A DNA stretch of 64,000 nucleotides from Clostridia bacterium (GTDB lineage Bacteria; Bacillota; Clostridia; Christensenellales; UBA1242): the NCBI GenBank assembly GCA_017444895.1, contig JAFSVR010000005.1:1546-65545 (forward strand). Direction: 5' to 3'. The notes beneath the pieces were generated by a model, which worked only from the letters and a program-made list of their open reading frames with translations, had not been told where the DNA came from and did no database searches. The position numbers and the translations under genes are program-made. Of this stretch, positions 16,333 through 24,635 are shown piece after piece (position 1 is the stretch's first letter; each line of letters opens with the position of its first letter).

Positions 16333-16407
16333 GGCCCCTTGGTCAATCGGTTAAGACATCGCCCTTTCACGGCGGAGTGAGCAGTTCAACTCTGCTAGGG
16401 GTCACCA
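16333..16407 (+). tRNA. tRNA-Glu (anticodon UUC)
   Basis: GGCCCCTTGGTCAATCGGTTAAGACATCGCCCTTTCACGGCG.. is near-identical in layout to Bacillus tRNA-Glu. The anticodon loop is CTTTCAC and the 3' end is ACCA. Confidence 0.9.
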
Positions 16408-16410
16408 AGA

Positions 16411-16440
16411 AAAAAACACCTCTTTTGAGGTGTTTTTTAT
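16411..16440 (+). terminator. Terminator after the tRNA pair
   Basis: AAACACCTC-TTTT-GAGGTGTTT followed by a T-run. Confidence 0.75.
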
Positions 16441-16507
16441 TATTTGCAAAAATCTGTTGTTTTGTTATGAAATTTGTGGTAAACTAACATCAATAAAGAG
16501 GTGGATT

Positions 16508-16933
16508 ATGTTTTTTGATGTTTTCCAATATATTCTTGCCGCCGTTTTAGTGATCATTGTTGTTTTGTGCATTGTTTTGACGGTTAAGGATGCTGTTAAG
16601 AATAAGAAAAATAAACCAATAAAGGCGAACCCTGTTGAGATAAAAGACAATGTTAGGTATACCCCAACAGATGAAATCAAAAGCGAAGATGGAGATCTCA
16701 AGGTTAGTTATGTTAAGGAAGATATCATTTTGCAACCGCGCAAAATGGTTCAGGTTGGCAAAAAGTGTGCAATTAAGCCTGGCAAATATACCGTTCTTTC
16801 TGCATATGAAAATGAAGCAGAGTTTAACATAAGGATAGGCAACTTTGTTAAGAGCTATCAACATGGTCAAGAGATTGTTTTGGTTGAGGGGGATGAGGTT
16901 TGCCCAACTTCATCAACCATTATCTTGCGTTAG
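16508..16933 (+). CDS. Hypothetical N-terminally TM-anchored protein (141 aa)
   Basis: ATG 16508 is preceded by AAAGAGGTGG. The TM helix is ILAAVLVIIVVLCIVLTV. No motif was recognised, and the track's upstream extension is unlikely to be real. Confidence 0.6.
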   Translation: MFFDVFQYILAAVLVIIVVLCIVLTVKDAVKNKKNKPIKANPVEIKDNVRYTPTDEIKSEDGDLKVSYVKEDIILQPRKMVQVGKKCAIKPGKYTVLSAYENEAEFNIRIGNFVKSYQHGQEIVLVEGDEVCPTSSTIILR

Positions 16934-16980
16934 TAAAAACTTCCAAATTTAGCGAACAACTATGTCAACTACAAAAATTC

Positions 16981-17026
16981 GAGGCGGTCACGTACAAGAA
17001 GTACGCTCCGACCTCTAATTTTTTTG
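16981..17026 (+). terminator. Compound terminator hairpin
   Basis: GAGGCGG-tca-CGTAC-aagaa-GTACG-ct-CCGaCCTC followed by TAATTTTTTT. Confidence 0.6.
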
Positions 17027-17217
17027 TTTCCTTGTTCTTCATCTAAATTTATAAGTTTTAGCGTGCGGGAATGAGCAAAGAAAAAATATAAGTTTAGCGA
17101 AATAGTGCAGGAAATGCGTGTTCGAACCGAACTCACGTACAAGGAGTACGCTTATTAGGTATTGAATACTTTTTTTCTTTTATTCAAATTGGTAAGTTTT
17201 TAATGTGTTGCAATTTA

Positions 17218-17233
17218 TTGAATAAGTATTCAA
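17218..17233. promoter_or_regulatory. Perfect 7-2-7 palindrome TTGAATA-AG-TATTCAA; candidate operator upstream of the XRE regulator
   Basis: It lies 73 bp upstream of the -35 box. The half-sites recur at 17162-17168 (TTGAATA) and 17181-17187 (TATTCAA). Confidence 0.35.
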
Positions 17234-17305
17234 CAACTTTTCACTTTTCACTTCTTTGGCATTTCGAGCGTAGTTGAAAAATTATACAGCTCAACTAATG
17301 GTATG

Positions 17306-17335
17306 TTGACAATGATTTTATATTAGGGGTATATT
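17306..17335 (+). promoter_or_regulatory. Promoter TTGACA-18-TATATT for the XRE regulator
   Basis: -35 at 17306-17311 and -10 at 17330-17335. The SD GAGGAGGGG precedes ATG 17356. Confidence 0.5.
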
Positions 17336-17355
17336 GTTTGAGGAGGGGATAAAAC

Positions 17356-17973
17356 ATGGACACTATTAAAATTGGTGCGTTTATCGCAGAATGTAGAAAA
17401 AAGAAAAATTTAACACAAAAAGATTTGGCAGACAAGTTGTTTGTTACCGATAGGGCGGTTTCCAAGTGGGAGCGAGGAAGGGCAGTGCCTGATTCGTCCA
17501 TAATGCTTGATCTTTGCAATGAACTTAAGATTAGTGTTAATGAACTTTTAGCGGGGGAGTATATTGAAGTGAAAGATTTTAACAAGCATGCGGAAACAAA
17601 TCTAATTGAAATCACGAAACAAAAAGAAGATGCAGACAGAAGGCTTCTTAAAATTGAAATTGTTTTGGGATACATTTGTTCCATATTTTTCATTGCATTA
17701 ATATTTCTCGCAAGTTATATTCAAATGGCAACATGGCTAAGAGTTATGCTTATTGTTGGTGGTTTTGTTTTGTTCTTTATTGGGTGTTTTGTTTGCGTCA
17801 GAATTGAGCAAGTTGCAGGGTATTATGAATGCAAACATTGCCACCATAAATATGTTCCAACTTACGCCCAAACAAATTGGGCAATGCATCTTGGAAGAAC
17901 AAGATATCTTAAATGTCCAAAATGCGGGAAAAAATCATGGAGCAAAAAAGTTATATCTAGAGAAGATTGTTAA
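17356..17973 (+). CDS. XRE-family HTH transcriptional regulator with two TM helices and a C-terminal zinc ribbon
   Basis: HTH_3 motif LTQKDLADKLFVTDRAVSKWERGRAVPD. Two hydrophobic helices follow. The C-terminus is CKHCHHKY..CPKCGKK. Confidence 0.8.
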   Translation: MDTIKIGAFIAECRKKKNLTQKDLADKLFVTDRAVSKWERGRAVPDSSIMLDLCNELKISVNELLAGEYIEVKDFNKHAETNLIEITKQKEDADRRLLKIEIVLGYICSIFFIALIFLASYIQMATWLRVMLIVGGFVLFFIGCFVCVRIEQVAGYYECKHCHHKYVPTYAQTNWAMHLGRTRYLKCPKCGKKSWSKKVISREDC

Positions 17974-17974
17974 A

Positions 17975-18016
17975 ATAAAAAGGCCTAGTTTCATAACTAG
18001 GCCTCTTATTTTTTTA
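17975..18016. terminator. Bidirectional terminator
   Basis: AGGCCTAGTT-TCAT-AACTAGGCCT with an upstream A-run and downstream T7. Confidence 0.8.
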
Positions 18017-18019
18017 TGT

Positions 18020-18928
18020 TTACACATTGTCTAGGAAGAAGTTTTTGATGTCTTTATAGACTTCTGTGCTGTCAATTTCGTTGTGAATTTCATGGCGCAT
18101 TTTTGGATATATTTTCATTGACAAGTTGTCAAAATTGTATTTTTCATATGTTTTTTTCAGCTTTTCAACAAGTTTTGCATTTTTGCTGAACTTGTCTTCC
18201 TCGCCAGCGATAAGCATTATTGGTTTTGTTTTATTAATTTTTTCAAGTTTGTTTTTCTTGTATAGTGGGATTGTTCCGCTCATGAGGTCATAATAGAACT
18301 TTGCGCTGAAAGGGGTGTTGCAAAGTGGATCTTCTTGATATGCTTTGCAAACATCCTTGTTGTGTGATATCCACATTTCGCCCTCAGGAACGCCTTTTGA
18401 GTATGATGAAAAGCTGAGTTTTTCAATCATTTTTGCTGGGGCGTTTTTGCCCTTAAACAACATTGTTATTTTTGCAATGGTTTTTGCCATTTTATTTTCA
18501 AGGGTGTTCATATAGCTTGTTCCGCATAAAATGATTGCTTTGTATAGGTTGCAATCTTCAATATACTTTTGTCCAATTAAAGATCCATAGCTATGCCCAA
18601 AAACAAATAATGGAAGTTTAGAGTATTTCGCCTTCAAAACGTTTGAGATTTCAATTTCGTCTTTAACGGTGTCTTCATATATATTTGTTTCTTTATCATA
18701 TTTCCCAAGGTCTTCGGGAGATTTTGCTGTTTTGCCGTGGGCCCTGTGGTCATCAGCAAAAACAATCAATCCATTTTGGTTGAGGTATTTTGCAAGGCCC
18801 GCATACCTAAGGGAGTGTTCCTTCATGCCATGGATGATTTGAACAACTCCTTGTGGGTTTTCAACATCATCCCACAAATAGCAGACAAGTTTTGTTCCGT
18901 CTGAAGTTTCAAAAAGAGTTTCCTTCAT
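18020..18928 (-). CDS. Alpha/beta hydrolase, monoacylglycerol-lipase / lysophospholipase-like
   Basis: GHSYGS nucleophile elbow and an HG oxyanion motif (IIHGMKEH). ATG 18928 has AAGGAGA upstream. It overlaps the glpK 3' end by 20 nt. Confidence 0.8.
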   Translation of the reverse strand: MKETLFETSDGTKLVCYLWDDVENPQGVVQIIHGMKEHSLRYAGLAKYLNQNGLIVFADDHRAHGKTAKSPEDLGKYDKETNIYEDTVKDEIEISNVLKAKYSKLPLFVFGHSYGSLIGQKYIEDCNLYKAIILCGTSYMNTLENKMAKTIAKITMLFKGKNAPAKMIEKLSFSSYSKGVPEGEMWISHNKDVCKAYQEDPLCNTPFSAKFYYDLMSGTIPLYKKNKLEKINKTKPIMLIAGEEDKFSKNAKLVEKLKKTYEKYNFDNLSMKIYPKMRHEIHNEIDSTEVYKDIKNFFLDNV

Positions 18929-20423
18929 ATTTATTCTCCTTTTTGTTATACAAACATTTATCAACGGCCTTGTGCCAAGATGCGATGCTGTCAATTGTGT
19001 TTATTAGGTTAGATGCCGGCTCATAAACGCCGTTTGTTTCAACTTTGCTTCTTATTTCTTCAATGCTTGAATATGCGCCACTTGCAAGACCTGCAAGATA
19101 GATGGCGCCAAGGCTTGTGCTTTCACTGTTGCTTAGATATATTGTTGCATTGTTAAGGTTGGCTTGGAACTGCATTAAAAATTTGTTTTTGGTTACGCCC
19201 CCGTCAACTCTGATGTTGTTGATTTTTGTTCTGCTTTCTTTTTCAAAAACTTTAATGACGTCGTAAACTGAAAACGCAATGCTTTCAAGACAGGCTCTTG
19301 CAATGTGTGCTGGGGTGGTGGAGCGAGTTATGCCGGTTAGCATTCCCGTTGCATCATTATCCCAATACGGACAGCCAAGCCCCGTGAAAGCGGGAACAAG
19401 ATATACGCCGTCAGATGACTTGATTGTTGCGGCGAGTGCATCCATATCCTTTGGACTTGGAGCAAGGCCAAGCGTTGTGCAGAACCAATCAACAACTGTG
19501 CCACAGTTGTAGATGCTTCCTTCTAAGGCATAAGACGTTTTGTTTCCAATTTTATATGCAATAGTTGTTAATAAGTCTTTTGAATAAATAATTTTTTCGC
19601 CAGTGTTTTCAAGCAGGAAGGCTCCGGTTCCATATGTGTTTTTAAGCTCACCAGGATTGGTGCAACCTTGCCCAAATAGGCTTGATTGCTGGTCGCCAAT
19701 CATTGAGCATATAGGAACGCTGTGCTTGCCGATTCTGGCATCTCCAACTTTTTCACAGTTCGATACAATTTCAGGAAGGATGTGTTTTGGAACTTCAAAA
19801 ATTTCAAGCAGTTCGTCGTCCCACTTGAGCGTTTTTAGGTTCATAAGTTGAGTTCGGCTTGCGTTGGTTACGTCAGTTGCAAAACGCTTGCCTTTTGTTA
19901 AGCGATAAACCAAGAATGCATCAATGGTTCCAATTAAAAGGTCATCATTTTTAAGAGCTTCCTGAACGGCCTTATTATTTCGCAAAAGCCAACGTATTTT
20001 GCTGGCGCTGAAATAGGCATCAGGCAAAAGCCCGGTTTTTTCTTTTATTGCTTCGGCAAAAGATGATTCTTTAAGCTTGTTGCAGAAGCTTGCCGTTCTT
20101 CTGCATTGCCAACAAATTGATGGAGCAAGGGGCTTGCCTGTTTTTTTGCTGAATGCAACAATCGATTCTCTTTGATTTGTTATCCCCAAGGCGTATATTT
20201 CTTCTTGTTTGATTTCACTTGTAATTTTAAGTAATGAGTTTTCAACGATTTCCCAAATTTCTTCAGCGTCATGTTCAACCCAATTGTTTTTTGGAAAATA
20301 TTGTTTGAAGGTTCCACGCGCCTGTTTAACAATCTTGTTTTCTTTTGCATCAAAAAGAACGGCACGAGCGCTGGTTGTGCCTTCGTCAATCCCGATTATA
20401 TATTTCCTAATATCATTGTTCAT
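18909..20423 (-). CDS. glpK: Glycerol kinase
   Basis: FGGY-family motifs: IGIDEGTTSARAVLF, GITNQRES and a full-length C-terminal domain. SD is GGAGGA. Confidence 0.95.
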   Translation of the reverse strand: MNNDIRKYIIGIDEGTTSARAVLFDAKENKIVKQARGTFKQYFPKNNWVEHDAEEIWEIVENSLLKITSEIKQEEIYALGITNQRESIVAFSKKTGKPLAPSICWQCRRTASFCNKLKESSFAEAIKEKTGLLPDAYFSASKIRWLLRNNKAVQEALKNDDLLIGTIDAFLVYRLTKGKRFATDVTNASRTQLMNLKTLKWDDELLEIFEVPKHILPEIVSNCEKVGDARIGKHSVPICSMIGDQQSSLFGQGCTNPGELKNTYGTGAFLLENTGEKIIYSKDLLTTIAYKIGNKTSYALEGSIYNCGTVVDWFCTTLGLAPSPKDMDALAATIKSSDGVYLVPAFTGLGCPYWDNDATGMLTGITRSTTPAHIARACLESIAFSVYDVIKVFEKESRTKINNIRVDGGVTKNKFLMQFQANLNNATIYLSNSESTSLGAIYLAGLASGAYSSIEEIRSKVETNGVYEPASNLINTIDSIASWHKAVDKCLYNKKENKYEGNSF

Positions 20424-20521
20424 AACTTTCCTCCAAAATATAGCAAGAAAGCATCTTTATTGTTAATAGTTTACCAAATTATTGATTTGCAATCAAATGA
20501 ATTGGGCTGATATAAAATAAT

Positions 20522-20550
20522 TTGACATTGTTTGGATAATATTTTAGAAT
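20522..20550 (+). promoter_or_regulatory. Promoter TTGACA-17-TAGAAT, 6 nt upstream of ATG 20557 (leaderless candidate)
   Basis: -35 at 20522-20527 and -10 at 20545-20550. AGGGCT and then the ATG follow. Confidence 0.5.
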
Positions 20551-20556
20551 AGGGCT

Positions 20557-22011
20557 ATGGATAAACAAATTAAAAATCAATATGATGTTGTTGTTATAGG
20601 TGCGGGAATTGTTGGCTCTTTTGTTTGCAATGCGCTAACTCAGCGTGGCGCAAAAGTTTGCCTGTGTGAAGCAGGTGAAGATGTAAGCCTTGGTGCAACG
20701 AAGGCAAACAGCGCCATTATTCACGCAGGTTATGACTGTGTTCCAGGAACAAACAAGGCGAAGTTTAATGTTCTTGGCAACAAAATGTATGAAAAAATTG
20801 CAAAACGTCTTGGCGAAAAGATAATCAAAACGGGCTCGCTTGTTGTGGCAGATAAGGATGGTCTTGATGGCCTTAAAGAACTTTATAGGCGTGGCGAAGC
20901 AAATGGCGTTGCCGGCTTAGAGATTTTAAGTCATAACGAACTTAAGCGCCTTGAACCAAATCTTAGCGATGAGATTGCCTATGGCTTGTATGCTCCAACA
21001 GCAAAACTTATTAGCCCATATAACTTTGCAATTTCTCTTTGCGAAGAATCAATTGTTAATGGTGCTGAACTTAAATTAAACTTCAAGGTTGATAAAATTT
21101 GCAAAAACAGCGGCATTTTTGAAGTAAAAAGCGGTGAAAATGCGGTTTTTGCAAAATATATTGTGAATTGTGCGGGCAGTGGATGTGCTGAAATCAACAG
21201 GCTTGCCGGCGCGGAAAAGATAGATTTGAAGTTCACCAAGGGTGAATATATAATTTTGGATAAAACAGAGGGTGCAGTGGTGAGTCGCCCAATTTTTCCA
21301 TTGCCAACAAAAAAGGGTAAGGGAATTTTGGTTTTGCCAACTGTTTCTGGCAATTTGCTTTTGGGACCAACTGCACAAGATATCAGCGAATATGAAACAT
21401 CGGTTTCAACTGCTGGCATAAGCGAAATTAAGCAAAAAACCTCTGCCATGATAAAGGGGCTTAATTTTAGAAAGGCAATTAAGTTTTATGCCGGAGTTAG
21501 GGTTAAAAGCGGGGATGACTTTATTGTTAAACTTAGCGATAAGGTTGAAAACTTTTTTTATACGGCTGGCATTGCTAGCCCAGGGCTTGCTAGTGCGCCT
21601 GCAATTGCAGAGTATATTGCAGATAGCCTTGAGCGAGCAGGGCTTAAACCAAAAACGGTTAATTGGAAGTTGCGCAAACCTTATACAAATACCAAAAAGT
21701 TATCACTTGGTGAACTTAACGCACTTATTGCAAAAAATGGAAAATACGGAAAGATTGTCTGCAGGTGTGAAGAGATAACTGAGGGGGAAATTGAGGAAGT
21801 GCTAAAAGGGCCAATAAAACCACTCACTGTTGAAGGTGTTAAGCGTAGATTAAGACCAACGATGGGAAGGTGTCAGGGCAGTTTTTGCACACCTCTTTTA
21901 ATTGAAATGATGAGCAGGGCATATAAGGTGCCGGTTGAGGAGATTAGGTTCAGGGGGGAAACACCTTTGATTGTTTCGCCGGTTAAGGAGGGTGGAATTT
22001 ATGAAGGTTGA
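20557..22011 (+). CDS. FAD-dependent glycerol-3-phosphate dehydrogenase/oxidase-like oxidoreductase with a C-terminal BFD-like [2Fe-2S] domain
   Basis: N-terminal VVVIGAGIVG (GxGxxG). The C-terminal CRCEEITEGEI..GRCQGSFC motif is present. The gene is first in the three-gene set common in anaerobic Bacillota. Confidence 0.85.
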   Translation: MDKQIKNQYDVVVIGAGIVGSFVCNALTQRGAKVCLCEAGEDVSLGATKANSAIIHAGYDCVPGTNKAKFNVLGNKMYEKIAKRLGEKIIKTGSLVVADKDGLDGLKELYRRGEANGVAGLEILSHNELKRLEPNLSDEIAYGLYAPTAKLISPYNFAISLCEESIVNGAELKLNFKVDKICKNSGIFEVKSGENAVFAKYIVNCAGSGCAEINRLAGAEKIDLKFTKGEYIILDKTEGAVVSRPIFPLPTKKGKGILVLPTVSGNLLLGPTAQDISEYETSVSTAGISEIKQKTSAMIKGLNFRKAIKFYAGVRVKSGDDFIVKLSDKVENFFYTAGIASPGLASAPAIAEYIADSLERAGLKPKTVNWKLRKPYTNTKKLSLGELNALIAKNGKYGKIVCRCEEITEGEIEEVLKGPIKPLTVEGVKRRLRPTMGRCQGSFCTPLLIEMMSRAYKVPVEEIRFRGETPLIVSPVKEGGIYEG

Positions 22012-23238
22012 TTGCCTTGTTGTTGGTGGCGGTTCGGCTGGAATGGCCAGCGCCATAAAAGCTAGTGAAAAGGCATAAAGGTTGCCATTGTCGAGCGAGA
22101 GAACAGGCTTGGTGGCATATTAAAACAATGTATTCACAATGGATTCGGCCTTAAATACTTTAAGAAGGAAATGACTGGCCCTGAGTATGCTGATGCTTGG
22201 ATTCAAAAACTAAAACAAACCAAAGTTCAGGTTTTTCTTGAAACAATGGTAAACAAAATAGAAAGAAAGCCTGATGGTTCTTTCAAGGTTTTTGTCATAA
22301 GCCCAAATGGTGCAGGATATATTGAAACGAAAAGCATTATTCTTGCAATGGGTTGCAGAGAGCGCCCAGCAGCGGCAATTTCACTTTGTGGAACCCGACC
22401 TGTTGGTGTTATCACCGCTGGCACGGCGCAAAAAATTATAAACACACAAGGCCACATGATTGGCAAGAAAATTGTTATTGTTGGTTCGGGTGATGTTGGG
22501 CTTATAATGGCTCGCAGATTTTATTGCGAAGGAGCCAAGGTTTTGGGGGTTTATGAAATTAGCCAAACGCCATCAGGGCTCAATAGAAATATTGTTCAAT
22601 GCTTAAATGACTATAACATTCCTCTTCATCTTGGCGAAACGGTGATGGAGGTTTTGGGCAAAGATAGAGTTAAAGGTGTTGTTGTTGCGAAAGTTAACCC
22701 AGACTATTCATTTGATCTTTCAACAAAACGCACCATAGCGTGTGACACAGTTGTTTTATCAGTTGGCCTTGTTCCTGAAAATGATTTGGTGAGCGGACTT
22801 GTTGATTTAAGTTCAATTACAAACGGTGCAATTGTTGATGATAATTATATGACAAACGTGCCTGGAATATTTTCTTGTGGAAATGTTTTGCATGTTCACG
22901 ATATTGTTGATGATGTTACATTTGAGGCCGAGCTTGCTGGCGAAAATGCAGGAGAATATGTATTGAATGGCAGAAATAAACAAAAAAATTACAAAACAAT
23001 AACCGGAAATGGTGTAAGATATCTTGTTCCAAGTTCGCTTCATGCTGGAACTGGATTTGTTCAAGTTAAGTTTAGAGTAGGCAAAATTTTTCGAGATGCA
23101 ACATTGTGCGCGATATGTAATGGAGAGATTATTGGAAGCAGAAAATGTAAAATTTTGCTTCCTGCCCAAATGGAACAGATGATGATTGACAGAACGAAAA
23201 TAAAAGGTGATGTTGTTATTGAAGTGAGGGAAGGATAA
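22001..23238 (+). pseudogene. Pyridine nucleotide-disulfide (NAD(P)/FAD) oxidoreductase, second subunit of the glycerol-3-P dehydrogenase-like set; interrupted by a 1-nt frameshift
   Basis: ATG 22001 gives MKVDCLVVGGGSAGMASAIKASEKA and then TAA at 22076. The protein continues perfectly (KGIKVAIVERENRLGGILKQC..) in the frame opening at 22069 and running to 23238. One base is missing in GAAAAGG (22067-22073). Confidence 0.8.
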
Positions 23239-23573
23239 TGGAATTTATATGCATTATGTGCCCAGTTGGGTGCCACTTGACCGTTTCAAAAACCAAGGAT
23301 GGAATTGTTGTTTCTGGCAACGCTTGCCCTAGGGGAGAACTTTTTGGAAAAAGTGAAGCCACTAATCCAACAAGAATGGTAACTTCAATTATGCCATATA
23401 AAAATGGGACAATTTCTGTTAAAACTTCGAACCCAATACCAAAGAATAAAATTAAGAATGTTTTAAGGGAAATAAAGAGTGCACCGGTTCCAAAAACTGC
23501 AAAAATGGGTCAGATTGTTATTCGTGATGTCGCAAAAACGGGCGAAAATGTCATAGTAACTGGAATTAATTAG
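23238..23573 (+). CDS. DUF1667 domain protein (third component of the glycerol-3-P dehydrogenase-like set)
   Basis: The N-terminus CIMCPVGCHLTV..GNACPRG is typical of DUF1667. The start overlaps the upstream stop (TAATG). Confidence 0.8.
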   Translation: MEFICIMCPVGCHLTVSKTKDGIVVSGNACPRGELFGKSEATNPTRMVTSIMPYKNGTISVKTSNPIPKNKIKNVLREIKSAPVPKTAKMGQIVIRDVAKTGENVIVTGIN

Positions 23574-23575
23574 GT

Positions 23576-23600
23576 TTGGAATATTCCAATTTGCTTTTCA
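23576..23600 (+). terminator. Weak terminator candidate built on the 14-bp palindrome TTGGAATATTCCAA
   Basis: The perfect palindrome at 23576-23589 lies 3 nt after the operon stop and is followed by the T-rich TTTGCTTTTC. The stem is short and AT-rich. Confidence 0.35.
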
Positions 23601-23765
23601 TATAGTTTAAGGTGAAAAGAAATAAGTTGGTTCGTGCGCAAAGAAAACTTTATAGGTGTAAATTAAAAAATCTCGAAAAATCTTTTAATGATTTTTTAAC
23701 CATCAAGAAGAACGTTGCGATTGATAATGGCGAAATTCAATTCTATAATTAATTTTCAGTAGGTC

Positions 23766-23794
23766 TTGAATTTTTGCCTATTTAGTGGTAAAAT
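23766..23794 (+). promoter_or_regulatory. Promoter TTGAAT-17-TGgTAAAAT, 7 nt upstream of ATG 23802 (leaderless candidate)
   Basis: -35 at 23766-23771 and -10 at 23789-23794. TGAATTG and then the ATG follow. No SD. Confidence 0.5.
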
Positions 23795-23801
23795 TGAATT
23801 G

Positions 23802-24590
23802 ATGAATAATAATAAGCAGATAAGTTTGCCGGTTTATGAAACTTTTGGGCTTCTGCTATCGGCTCACAATATATATTCTGAAAGCCAGGATGTTAAAACT
23901 GGTGTAATTTTTAATGAAGATTTATTATACTTTCAAATTATGCTGAATGCTAATTTGCGAAATAAGTTCGGTGATAAATTTGGTGGCAAGCAATTTAATG
24001 TTGTTTCAACTTTTTTGCCTGAAAACGGAAACGAAGATGAAGTTATAAACTCAAGATACAAATATAAAAAGTCTATCAAGTGTTCAGTTCTTTTACAAAA
24101 TACTCGTAATGGGCTTCCTCCTTTCAATATTGTTAAGTCTAGATATGATGAAAACTTATTTCAAAAACTTGAATCATTTAATAATCCACAATTAAAAGAG
24201 TTAATCAATAGTTTGTTTGATGAGAGAATAGAAAACTATCCATATAATGACAAAGAAGACCATGTTAAATCTAGATATATGTATTGGTTCACGAAGGACG
24301 AGGTTTTCAAGAATGATCCACTATCAGTATTGAAAGAAAGCGCAAGAGGTGTTGTTCAGGTTCTATGCTCCCAATATGAAGACTTTAGCAAATTGACCTT
24401 CCAGGAAAAGCGTGAAGTTGAAAGAAATATTGCTCAGGTTGTTCATGAAACGCTAAAGCAGTTTGAGAAGCGCAATTTTCTATCTGACAACTATAAGTTT
24501 GTTAGGCAACTTATTGAGGATGAAAGGAAAAGGGTTGAAGAATCAAAAAACAACGAATTTGTTGAAGAAGATCAACCCACTGATGAATAA
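23802..24590 (+). CDS. Hypothetical cytoplasmic protein (262 aa) with an acidic C-terminal tail
   Basis: Intact ORF with no TM helix, signal peptide or recognised motif. The track start at 23766 is a TTG inside the -35 box. Confidence 0.55.
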   Translation: MNNNKQISLPVYETFGLLLSAHNIYSESQDVKTGVIFNEDLLYFQIMLNANLRNKFGDKFGGKQFNVVSTFLPENGNEDEVINSRYKYKKSIKCSVLLQNTRNGLPPFNIVKSRYDENLFQKLESFNNPQLKELINSLFDERIENYPYNDKEDHVKSRYMYWFTKDEVFKNDPLSVLKESARGVVQVLCSQYEDFSKLTFQEKREVERNIAQVVHETLKQFEKRNFLSDNYKFVRQLIEDERKRVEESKNNEFVEEDQPTDE

Positions 24591-24609
24591 AATACGCAAG
24601 CGATAACAT

Positions 24610-24635
24610 GCAAGCTTTTATAGCTTGCTTTTTTT
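24610..24635 (+). terminator. Terminator
   Basis: GCAAGCT-TTTAT-AGCTTGC followed by T7. Confidence 0.75.

Noticed and set aside
18929-18994. 5' extension of the hydrolase ORF into glpK (MTASHLGTRPLINV...).
   Set aside because: There is no SD. The internal ATG 18928 has AAGGAGA and gives the typical alpha/beta-hydrolase N-terminus.
22069-22078. Programmed -1 ribosomal frameshift (tRNA-Lys AAG to AAA) as the explanation for the split oxidoreductase gene.
   Set aside because: It is possible in principle, but the site is not a canonical X XXY YYZ heptamer, has no obvious stimulatory structure, and sits at a homopolymer typical of indel errors. I treat it as a frameshift or error unless read data say otherwise.
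23576-23589. The perfect 14-bp palindrome TTGGAATATTCCAA as a transcription-factor operator.
   Set aside because: It lies 3 nt after an operon stop and is followed by a T-rich tract, so a weak terminator is the simpler reading. No second copy occurs in the window. It is kept only as a low-confidence terminator feature.
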